Assembly: GCF_006345805.1 (NCBI RefSeq)
Contig: NC_042997.1
Span: forward strand, 64,480,001-64,544,000
Length of the DNA: 64,000 nt
Source: Octopus sinensis
Lineage: Eukaryota
Direction: 5' to 3'
The stretch's first letter is position 1. Each line of letters opens with the position of its first letter. Shown piece after piece: positions 52,910 through 64,000 of the stretch. The position numbers and the translations under genes are program-made. The notes below the pieces were generated by a model, which saw only the letters and a program-made list of their open reading frames with translations, did not search any database and was not told the DNA's origin.

Positions 52910-55900
52910 CACTATTGAGAGTTAAGCCATTCACTTCGTTTGTAATCCAACTGAGACTTACATGTATGATATGCATATGCCACATTTGTATCGCATTTTG
53001 ATATTAAGCGCTGCTGAAGCTGAATTAGCATTCACCTCTATATATGAGTATCATATACTTATTAGAATTGCTTCGGCAGGTGACACCACTGCTTTCTAAT
53101 TCAGCCTTCTTGTTTATGCATAAAATACCCGTTACTTCTGCAAATTCTGTTTTATTCATATTCGTGTACAAATATATATATACAGTGTTTATTTTCTACA
53201 TATGTTCTGGGCGACTAATAACCGCCTTTATCTCAACATTAAATAAACCTGAACAACAAGACTTTCCTAAGGAAAGACGTATTTGCTTCTTGCCTTAGTG
53301 AATGTCGTATAATATCTACGCAATAGCTTTTTAGGATTTAAGCTATATCTCAAATGATATCCTGTCCAATATTATCTTGAAAATGTTAGAAAGTATTAGC
53401 GGAGAATAACCGGTGATAATTAAATTAATTGTAATACGCATTCCAAAAATGTAATCTAACGCTAGCGATAGAAATAAATATTATGTAGTGGAGCCGGTTG
53501 CCGAACGAAATAGTTTAGTACAGTAGTGCTTTCAGTTAGCTTAATATATTATTTTAGTTCCGCAATTTCCCATTGATGTCCGCATAAGTTAATTCAAAAT
53601 CAGATCTTATGGATTGCAGCAGTAATACGGGCTTTGGCAGAAGATCTTACACAATTGATTGATTGATTGCTAAAATTACACATGAAGAAAGAGCTGTTGA
53701 AGCTTTATCATACGTAATGATTATTTTTAACATTGGACAAAGACAAAAGATTTGGAAGAACAGAGAATAAACTGCTGAACATTACCAGTACTAATTTATC
53801 AGCCTCTCTATTAGATAGAAAGGAACATTTTATTCCAGAGGGAATATAAATTCGCATAGCATAAGGGAAGATTGCTGAGTACTACAAGACACTTAGAAAT
53901 TTTACAAGTTATTTAATTTTTAATGTAGTTTCAAAATTATACATTTTGTGAGTGTGGCCAGCTGGTTGCATCGACGAAATATCAATATTGCAAAGTATTT
54001 ATTCACTGATTGTATCCTTAATTATTCTTTAGAATTACACTGAGAGTTTCTATCATATAAACAATTCAACATAGTTTTGATGGGAGTATAGCCAATTACA
54101 TCGACCCCATCAGACAGGTATTTCTTTGGATAATTAACGGATAAAAAATCAGTCCATAACAAAGCTGTTTCGATCTTCAGACAGATACTAATGAGGTTTA
54201 ATTACATAGCACAAGACATTTTGGTAATGTGTCGATGCAGCCTCGTGTTATCATTTTTGTGTCGAATATGCACATGCAACTAAGAGAAGAGGGACTAGAT
54301 GATTATACTGACACAAAAAGATTTCTAGTGTTTAATTTTATCGATTCCGGAAAGAAGTATGAATTTAGTCAACCGCGATTTAACTCAAAACAAAACAAAG
54401 TGCCAGAACAAAAACAACTTCCAGAAAGGGTTCACTAAAACTGCCAATCAAAGAATAAAACTAGCTTTGGTTCTCGTACCATTTTCAAAAGTTCGTGTGG
54501 ACCATTACATAATGGTTCAGCAAACGCTTTTAGGCGGTTAATAAAACCCCTGAACCAAATAAAATGATGACATCCATTAAAATGTGAAACAAAATATGAT
54601 ATTCAAACACAAGAAAACACATTCGTATAATTACTGTGCAGCCGCATTACCAATACCGCAGAAGTAAAAACATCAAACAACTATTTAGAAAACATAAATG
54701 AAGCGCAGAATGCCTTATAAAAAAAGTTGTAACTTGTAGGATCTTCTTTATCACATACACACATTCATACATATAAAGTTGTTGAAGGATTCTGCAGTAA
54801 AACACGACTCCGAACCTACGCTGATCGTTTTGCTGATAAAAAGAAGCATGTTACATAAATGAGAAAAATTAAAAAATCATCGCCATTGCTGAAACTATAT
54901 ATATATAAACAGCCTCACATCTCTCGGAAAAGCTTCTCGTAACATCAAATTATGTCACCGACGCGTAAAACAAATGTCCACCGTCTAAACTTGCACGTCC
55001 AAGTCAACAAAAAAAAATATGTGACTCGTATGCTGTACTACTCTACATTAAGCACACTTTAAATAGCAGCTCACCGCTGTTCTTGATTGGGAAGAATCCT
55101 GGTAAATACCGTTTCGTGAGCGGCCAACATACGATGAAGTAGTTTCTCGGGAAAATCACTTTCTCCTGTACAGCAATACTACAGAAAAAATTTTTTTACA
55201 ATTCAATTGACGCAGAGTGAGGATTTGTAGCATTTAATCTTGTATGCCTATTAGTCACTGGACTACGACCATGCAGGAGTACAGCCTTGTAGATAATATT
55301 TTGACCAAACATTACTTCGTTTAAAAGCATCTTGCAAACATGTCATGAAGGTGATTTTAAATTATATTCATCAATTTGTTGTTATTAACTTTGCATCTGA
55401 TCATGGATCACGTCTCCACAATATAACATTTAAAAAAGAATTCCGGTGGCTTATACCGATGATTAAACTTTCTTTTATCTTTGGTGCTATTGCATCTTAA
55501 TAGTGATTGTCTTTGTTGCTGAAACCTGTCCATGACTGATGAATCAAATTTAAAAACCAAAATGAACTCAAGTTAAATATGACTAATTCTATGCGTCTAT
55601 TCACTCATACTATTTCACTGATATTCATATATAAACGTGAGAACGAAATATATATATATGAAAATTAAAAAAACACAAATCCGGTATTGACAATGGTCTC
55701 GTTGTTTTATCGATGATGTGTAGCTATTTTGCTTACAGCTTTATAGACTTCTTAATTGTGTTGTTAAGTGTGTTATTCATAGACAAATCTAAATTCTTAT
55801 GAGTAAATATGTGCATTCGACCATTTTATCAATAGAGTGGAACAATATTTACTAGGTCATCTGGTTTCCATCTTTGTTTTACACTTTACTGAATAGAAAA

Positions 55901-56159
55901 TAATTTGGAGGTCAGAAAAACTAACACATTGCTGGTGTTTTTTACAACTATTTATTGAACCAATAACCCTGTGAATTAATGGACTGAAATCAGTTAATCT
56001 TAATTAAATTTTCTGCGGAAACAAAAAAGGCTATAAAATATGGTTTCATGTTTCATTTTCTTCTCTGGCTCATAAATGTTTAACAGTTAACACTTTACCA
56101 GATTAAGTATGATTATATCATATTTTTCAACTGACAAGCACAATAAATAATAATATTTA

Positions 56160-56171
56160 TACACACACACG

Positions 56172-56236
<65 letters not shown>

Positions 56237-56257
56237 TATATATATATATATATAAAT

Positions 56258-56294
<37 letters not shown>

Positions 56295-56323
56295 ATATAT
56301 AAATATATATATATATATATATA

Positions 56324-56383
<60 letters not shown>
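56160..56383. repeat. (CA)n plus long (TA)n microsatellite
   Basis: Directly visible. Confidence 0.95.
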
Positions 56384-56384
<1 letters not shown>

Positions 56385-58288
56385 TTCAACACAGTATTGG
56401 TTGAATATATTCTTAAGTCCACCATTTCGTCAATCGCAGCAGATTCCAAGCTTCACCACTAATTCAGTTCAATTCTGAATTAAATTGCAAACTGTTAACT
56501 GATTAACTTTGGCAGAAATAGTCTGAAATTTAGTTCAGTAGAAAAAAAGTTACATCAAAATATATGCGACCCCAAGGGGGTAGTAAGGCACCTATTCACC
56601 TTCAATTAACATAAAACTTTTAATTGTAAATAAAACGTATACCTTGTTAGACTTAAATTATAGAAAAATGCCTCAAGAAATCAGAATCAGAGTCGCAATG
56701 AACACAATTTAGTAAAGAGAGTTATAGGGTAAAATTATACGAAATCTCCTGTCAGTAAAGGAGTAACGCTTCGGCTATAAGAATAAAGAATATATAAGTA
56801 ATATATATATATAAGTAAAACATTTCTTATTCTTTACTTTACTTGAAGTAGTAGTTATCCCAATAATTTTACAGGTGTAATAATTGGTCCTGTACTTTTC
56901 CAGGTTTATAATCTTAAGACTATTAGTTTTCATGCTCGCACTTTTCCATGTAATATATATATATTTATTTGTGTGTGTGTGTGTGTGTCTATATATCTAT
57001 ATAAGTACATTATGTATGCATATATATATATATATATATAAACGTGTGCGTACCTCTGTGTATATTCTTGACGTCATAAGATCGTTATAACGTTTCGAAG
57101 GAAAGTGAACTGAGATTTTAAGGGTTAGATTTCACACAAAGCTGTATATGATAGCATTTAAATGTTTAGTTCAAACGCACTTTGGCATGTAAAAAATGCA
57201 GAGATGAAAAGTAAATTTGTAAATGCGTGTAGTCACAAGAATAAGCAATGCTTGACTTTCATAGCTAGTTTTTTTTTTTTTCAGGAAATAGTATACCTGT
57301 CAATTCACTAAAATATTATAAGTAATGTATACAGAGTATGTACTGTATGTATACGATATATATAGTTCGAAATAATGCCCACAAAATTCTACAGAACTAA
57401 AATCATATTTATCTATTATTTTCTAACACAATATATGAAGCAAGTTCACTTCATTAATCATATGGCTTTCCAGACAATATAATAGCAGAAAAGTACAGGA
57501 GTCGGTCTTAGGTCTACTCAGCTGTATTCAACTCCTAATATCTATCATTGAGTACCTTTTGGGAAAAACCATTGTTGGTCTTCAGAAAGGCGTACACTTT
57601 AAGTCATGTCATTATATTTACTGGGAAATTTGTGACTATTTATTGAAGAAATCAAATATATATTACGAGGTTGAAGAGATTGTTTAATAGTAAACACAAA
57701 AATGTGTGGCTGTCTCCATAAACATGCGTACGTTATTTGAAGTTCACGTCTGAGTGTGTATGCTTTTACGTGTGCGTTTTCTAAAATGGCATCAAGTGCA
57801 TTAAAATGACAGAATTTTGTTGCAATAAAATGTTCATTAGACTACCTGTATAATGAGAACTTTAAACATCACCTTTTAACAAATAATCTAATATTATAAC
57901 TTTTCCTATTATCTGGAATTCTTTGTGATCAGGTGTATTGTTATTGTTTAAATATTTGATATTACTAAGTGTAGACTAATAACATTGTGATTTAATCTGA
58001 CTAATCACTAGTTCAGAGTTGAGCGTATAGAATGCTATAGTTCATGGAATAACGAAAATAAACAACACCCTAATAAATTGACAGATATATGTTACAAGGA
58101 TATTACATTCTGCACATTCAGAATATCTCAATAATCGTTAAATTAATCAATAGTGAAACGCATACTATAATGTAACATGAACTAAATTCACTTTTACTCA
58201 ATCACACAGATAAACAGACACACACCTCACACACACATTATTGATTTCTCTGTGTGTATGTGTTTGTTTGATGGTGTGTGCGTGTGTG

Positions 58289-58322
<34 letters not shown>

Positions 58323-59185
58323 TGGAGCAATGTATTCATGTATCGAAATTTGCTTTGCTACATCCATTTTCGGAACCTTGGGAAATTTTCAATAGTACCA
58401 ACATAACTATTTGGTACTCATAAGATACCCTAATCTTAATTTAATTCTGAACTGTTGACAATTCACCTTTCAAATAGTATTCAATATCTTTAAATCACAT
58501 GTTTCTTACCATTATCGACAGGTTCAGCCACTGAAACTGATTTATCTTGTAAGATGTGCCACTGTAAAATATGTTTCCCCGGTTTCCATTTAACTAATAT
58601 TGAATATTCTAAAATCATCTAATAGCCGCTTATTAAATAGATCATAATACTTTCATCTCTCGCAAACGGAAATGACAAAATAATAATATATTCCAGAGAA
58701 CAGTACCAAATATTAAGCAGAATCGATATGTTTACGCTAATCACAGTTTATTAAATCGTCATGATACACTACTCTATTAGGGAAGGAACATGAAATATTT
58801 AATGTATACTTACGAACGGCACAAAGCAAATAGTTTGCGTTACGTTAAGGCAGTTTCCATTTATCTTATAACATATTAAGAGATTTACTAATGCACCAGA
58901 CGTAAAACTCTTGGAGTCGTGGCAGATTATCAGCAAAACATTTATGTATATATGAAAAATCCGGTGTAGGATTAATCGATCGCTCAAATATTTGAGAAAG
59001 TGTAGCTTTATGCAGCATTATCGAATATCAATTTCACTGGATTATGTAATATGCACTTAAAACTTGGCATAAAATAAGTGCAAACGAATGAGATGTAAAG
59101 GTAGATCAGAAAATTATCTAATATCGGTATTGTTTCTTAATTTTAAGTTTGTATTCCCATTAATTTCCAGCTTTTTTATACACTG

Positions 59186-59221
<36 letters not shown>

Positions 59222-59572
59222 TACATACATACAAACATACATATATATATATATGTAAATATATATATATATATGTATGTATCTGTCTATCTATCTACCT
59301 ATCTATGTATGTATGTCTCTCACTCCATATATATATATATACATATACTATCAAGGCAGTTTAGACGAGCAGTCTTATATGATTGCTATTAATTACAGTA
59401 TACATACGCATACACTCTATCAAATATTTCCAGATATAGAAAAGAGGGTCATTTCTATATTCCTGTGGATTTCGGCTTCAATTTGAAAAAAATCATCGAC
59501 ACATAATTAGTTTAGTTTCACCGTTTATTTTAAAATTTTAGCTGCTGCTATTGTCTATTAAAGTTATGTATT

Positions 59573-59636
<64 letters not shown>

Positions 59637-60812
59637 CGTGCTTGTGTGTTTGTGAGTGAGTGTGTGTTTGTGTGCGTGTGAGTGTTTGTTTGTTTGTGTG
59701 TGTATATATGTGTGTATGTGTGTGTATGTTTGTGTGTGTGTAGTTCCAGAGAGTGTATATTTAAATATGACTTAACTTACACTGTAACTGTAGTAAATGG
59801 ACACTATTTTCAAGTAATGTATTTGGTAATTTATTTTGTAAGCTAGAAACTGTTACTTCTTTCAGAAATACAGATATTTCATAAATTGTAAGGTTCCCGA
59901 ATCTGAACACGGTTCAAATCGCTATATGATTCACAACCTAAATTACGCGAGACGTTTTCCCTGCAAATAGCCAACACTCACATTATATTTTCTATATGAC
60001 TGGTATTGCACTCAATTAACTCCCAATAATGTAAAACGTCATCCCCAACCAATCAAGAATGCCCTCTTTCGTCGCTGAACATGCTGGAAATAGCAGCCAA
60101 ATTCTTCACAGCTCATATCCTACCATGAGAAAAAATGAGAAAAACGACATTGAATAATATACTGGTTACACTGTTTCGTATGATGGGTTAGTGCAGGCGA
60201 GTAGGTAAGATTTATGAATCTGATTCAAAATAGTATAAAAGACTTATTACGATTTTCTATTACTAGGAATAGAAAATCTTCCGACTTTCTATTACTAGGA
60301 ATATTTTTGAGGAGGATGTGAAGTAGATGCTTAATTGGTTTCATATATGTTCAATCAAACTGATCTGGATTTAAACTTTTACACTACGAAAACAAGTTTA
60401 GTACGGAATATAATGATAGAACACACGTATACATAATCTAGAAAATAAAATGTAGAATCACGAAACTAATATCAAATGCTACAAAACAAGCACGTCATCA
60501 GGTTAAGCGCTAATGCTGTAATCCGCTCTTTACTTATCTTAAGTCGTTTTTACTACTTTCACTTCAAGACCACTCTTTTACTCAGTCCTTGACAATCATG
60601 TTCTAACATGAACATCATTCGCCTCTCTGATTACCTCCAAAATATTTGGAAAATCTTCTGCTTCTCCCCTTTCCATTCTGACTCACATTATAAGTAAAAT
60701 TTGACGTATTTAACTAGATATACAGGCATATATTTACATGTCAACACTATATAAAACATAAAAGATAAGAAAAATAATTTTTTTAATATATGTTTGTACA
60801 TAGATATTAATG

Positions 60813-60935
60813 GATAGGACTACACAGCCACAGCAGAAAATGTATCAGGACATGAAATATAAAAGCCGGACTAGACTACTTTATGCGCAACTCCATTGTC
60901 TCCTGAGACAGAAAGGATGCCAACCAATGGATGGG
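60813..60935 (-). mobile_element. Family D fragment with 18-bp target-site duplication
   Basis: Reverse complement of ~17826-17942; TGTACATAGATATTAATG at 60795-60812 and 60936-60953. Confidence 0.85.
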
Positions 60936-62253
60936 TGTACATAGATATTAATGTATTTGAAAGTTATGTACGTACTGTATTTATGCATGTCTGTTTGTAT
61001 ACATGTATGCCTACATGCATGTGTGCATGTCTGATTGTGTATGTATTGTTGTTTTATAAATGTGTTTGTGCGTACATTTACATCGGTCTAAAATCTAGTC
61101 TAGTTTATGCTGGTTCTCTGTTTGAGGTCTTTCTTAACATATTACCAAAAACTGCAATGAATATATGAAATTTGTTATTCTTATAGTGTAAGCTTTCTAC
61201 TTAAGCATACGTCACATCTTACTCACATTTTCAAGTTCTCTCTCAGAGACATTTATTTATAAAGTCTCCAAAATAATATATGTATCTTTATTCTTGTATC
61301 ACTAAGTTGTTTTGTATTTATCTCTTTGATCTAACAATTGTAACCAGTAGTACTTTTGTTTTCCTTCAGCAAACCTGATTCCTTAGTCCGTCTCTCTCCA
61401 GCACTTTCCTGTCGAGTGGAGCACTTTTTACTCTCAACATCAATTGCTCTCTTTGTATCCCATTTAACTCTCAATGTTTCATAATGTCCTGAATGTTTCC
61501 ACACAAATTCCATCTACCAGGTTCCAATTATGAAGTATTAGTAAACAAGATATGTGCTACACAATAGTGTCGAAGCTGAAATGGTGTTGAGGTGTAGCAA
61601 AATTCAGTACGCTAAATAAATTCTTTATTTGCTTTCAAACATCATGTGTTCATTAATTTCAAAGCAACACCAATGTTTTATTGAAATGTGTTTATCTATT
61701 CAGCATCCACTCCTGTTTCCAATTTTATTTGGTAGACTGTCTATTGTACTTGAGGTGTTAAGATTGTTTACGTTATTTTAGTAGATATTTTATCAGTGTC
61801 ATTTGAATTTACTTCACCTGAAAATTGCTACAAGTTCTTTATTATAGTTTCAGTCAACTGAAAGTGGGTGGTTGGTGTCAAGAATAAGGAAATAAGAAAT
61901 TCTTCTATTACATTTTTTAAAAATGAAATGTTGATCTTTTGCGCTGTTGAATTACTAATTTATGTGGGATAAACGGTGAAATAGCTGAGAAATAGAGAAG
62001 AGATGACGCTTTTAGAATAGTGTGTACTCGCAAAAAATGTATGATTTATAAAACATTTAAAGCATGCCATTAGGGAAATTTCAACATGTACAAATAATTT
62101 TTGTCCCCGTTCTATAGGGAACATTACATCTAGCTGTCTTTGTAGGTTTCCATTAAAATATTACTCGAATCCACCTTCATATTTCTCTGTTTCTGGAAAG
62201 ATACCCTCACTACACAGCGTACTTGATGCAAAGGAAAAAGAGTGAAACCGGAC

Positions 62254-62294
<41 letters not shown>

Positions 62295-62303
62295 AAGAAA
62301 GAA

Positions 62304-62346
<43 letters not shown>

Positions 62347-62844
62347 AAGAGAGAGAGAAAGAGTGATAATAGAATCAACGTCAAAACTTCACTAATACTT
62401 TGTGTTTCAAGCTCTACTCAATTGTCATACTCCGGCTATTTAACACATCTGTTTCGCTAGTATGTAAAAATAAGCTTCACAAAAGTCTATATAATAAATT
62501 ATACCCTCTCCACATACCTTACCTCTACCCATACCCTCTGCCTACCTACATACCTCACCTCTACCCACATTCGCGCTTTCCCCATTCTCGCCTCCTCACC
62601 TCCCAACGCCATCACACCACACCACATTACACCATACCACACAACACAACACCACGCAAACACCAGCACTGACCAATTCTCACCCCCACATTTTCATACT
62701 TACACATACACACACGCACACGTAGAGATCACCAGCCCTCCTTCACACGCACATACGTACTCTCTTACACACACGAGCACCTACGTTTTGGGATCACTAC
62801 TACATTGTTATCCCCCCTTCTTCTTAGCTTTCCTGTGTGACCCT

Positions 62845-63042
62845 TCTGTCCGGCATTCGCAATGATAGATCGCTAGCCACTACACACATTTTTTCTCTCC
62901 TTGTTTCTTTCTGTGTTCCTTTCTGTGGAAGAGCGTAAGCTCCAAACGTTAGAGACTTTTTCAATTTCCGAGCGTTATACTAATACATCTATTTGTTTTC
63001 TACACCACCCGTCTTCGTCTTTTGTTTTTTTGTGAATGCTCC

Positions 63043-63043
<1 letters not shown>
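62845..63043 (+). mobile_element. Family D 3' part with variant HHR-like motif
   Basis: Aligns to ~18095-18282; CTTT-CTGTGGAA-GAGC GTAA GCTC-CAAACGTT-AGAGAC at 62915-62956; ends at (TA)n. Confidence 0.8.
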
Positions 63044-63091
<48 letters not shown>

Positions 63092-63307
63092 AAATATTGA
63101 ATTTCTAAATCTCTCGTAGAGACATGTACGGTGGTGGGGCGATAGAATGGTTGTATACTGTCAATCTAACAAGAACGTGACCGTAGGGGTACACCACCGC
63201 TGTATAGCCCTAGGAAGCATCGAACGCCTCATGATGGCTTTGACACATTTTCCCTGTGTCCTTATATACATTTACGAGGGGGAGACAAACACCTCCGGCT
63301 GCCGGAA

Positions 63308-63364
63308 CTGCATCTAGGGACACGTGTTTCAGGATCGTTGTCCTTCATCGGCCTAGAGTAGCAG
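63308..63364 (-). ncRNA. Type I hammerhead ribozyme (U4C core variant, GUC site)
   Basis: CUGC-UAC-UCUAGG-CCGAUGA-AGGA CAACGA UCCU-GAAA-CACGUG-U-C-CCUAGA-U-GCAG; all three stems pair. Confidence 0.85.
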
Positions 63365-63606
63365 ACACCGGTCAGCTGGTGATATTTGCCTCGACTTCGT
63401 AATTGTATATATCTATATTCAGTGAAGTCTACTCACTGATTATCAAAATAAGAAATATTGAATTCTATCGCCCCACCACCGTACATGTCTCTACGAGAGA
63501 TTTAGAAATTCAATATTTCTTATTTTGATATTCAGTGAATAGACTTCACTGAATATAGATATATACAATTACGAAGTCGAGGAAAATATCACCAGCTGAC
63601 CGGTGT

Positions 63607-63663
63607 CTGCTACTCAAGGCCGATGAAGGACAACGATCCTGAAACACGTGTCCCTAGATGCAG
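63607..63663 (+). ncRNA. Type I hammerhead ribozyme, second copy (site after 63652)
   Basis: As 63308-63364 with one A.A mismatch in stem I (UCAAGG/CCUAGA). Confidence 0.8.
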
Positions 63664-63846
63664 TTCCGGCAGCCGGGGGTGTTTGTCTCCCCTTCGTAAA
63701 TGTAAATAAGGACACAGGGAAAAATGTGTCAAAGCCATCAGGAGGCGTTCGATGCTTCCTAGGGCTATACAGCGGTGGTGTACCCCTACTGTCACGTTCT
63801 TGTTAGATTGACAGTATACAACCGTTCTATATATATATATATATAT

Positions 63847-64000
63847 TGGTAAAAACGGTAAGATAACAAAAGAAAGAAAGAGACCTCAATATTATGTAAA
63901 CAGAGGAAATTCTCTGTAAAATAATGTGACAATAATTCAATAGCCAAGAGAAAACTCTGAGTTTCGGATAACGAAGTGGAAATCCACAACACCATCTCTT
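63847..64000 (-). mobile_element. TA-abutting element cut by the window edge, with probable 3' half of an HHR
   Basis: Minus strand: ...AAGA-GAUGGU..GUGG AUUU CCAC..GUUAUC C-GAAA-CUCAGAG-U-U-UUCUC, then a T-rich tail into (TA)n. Confidence 0.5.

Larger units (their letters stand above)
63088..63830. mobile_element. Head-to-head pair of complete 361/362-nt HHR monomers flanked by (TA)n
   Basis: 63088-63464 (-) has terminal redundancy TAAGAAATATTGAATT (offset 361); 63461-63830 (+) has terminal redundancy TTCTAT (offset 362); arms 63142-63464 and 63507-63830 are near-perfect complements. Confidence 0.9.

Noticed and set aside
60251-60301. 11-bp hairpin with an 18-bp local duplication (also a 28-bp duplication at 21062-21120)
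   Set aside because: Single-copy slippage-type events with no sign of function

Overview
AT-rich, microsatellite-dense eukaryotic DNA, probably an intron or intergenic region of an octopus-like cephalopod (inferred from SINE style and repeat content). I find no credible host protein-coding gene; nearly all long ORFs in the track are microsatellite artefacts. Ordinary content: tRNA-derived SINEs, relics of Dong/R4, RTE and CR1-group LINEs, and MITEs. The main signal is a set of short, sequence-unrelated non-coding elements carrying type I hammerhead ribozyme (HHR) motifs with palindromic stem III. They lie at 10.7, 16.7, 38.8-40.4 and 63.1-63.8 kb, with a probable one cut by the window edge at 64 kb and a variant-core family at 18.2 and 62.9 kb. 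All abut (TA)n tracts, and three show the same head-to-head inverted architecture. Two contain complete 361-362 nt or ~544 nt structured monomers, and a decayed Penelope-type GIY-YIG endonuclease lies next to the largest. This looks like a multi-family Penelope-mobilised retrozyme/pLTR system that docks in TA microsatellites. Folds were derived by eye; cleavage activity, expression and novelty are untested.
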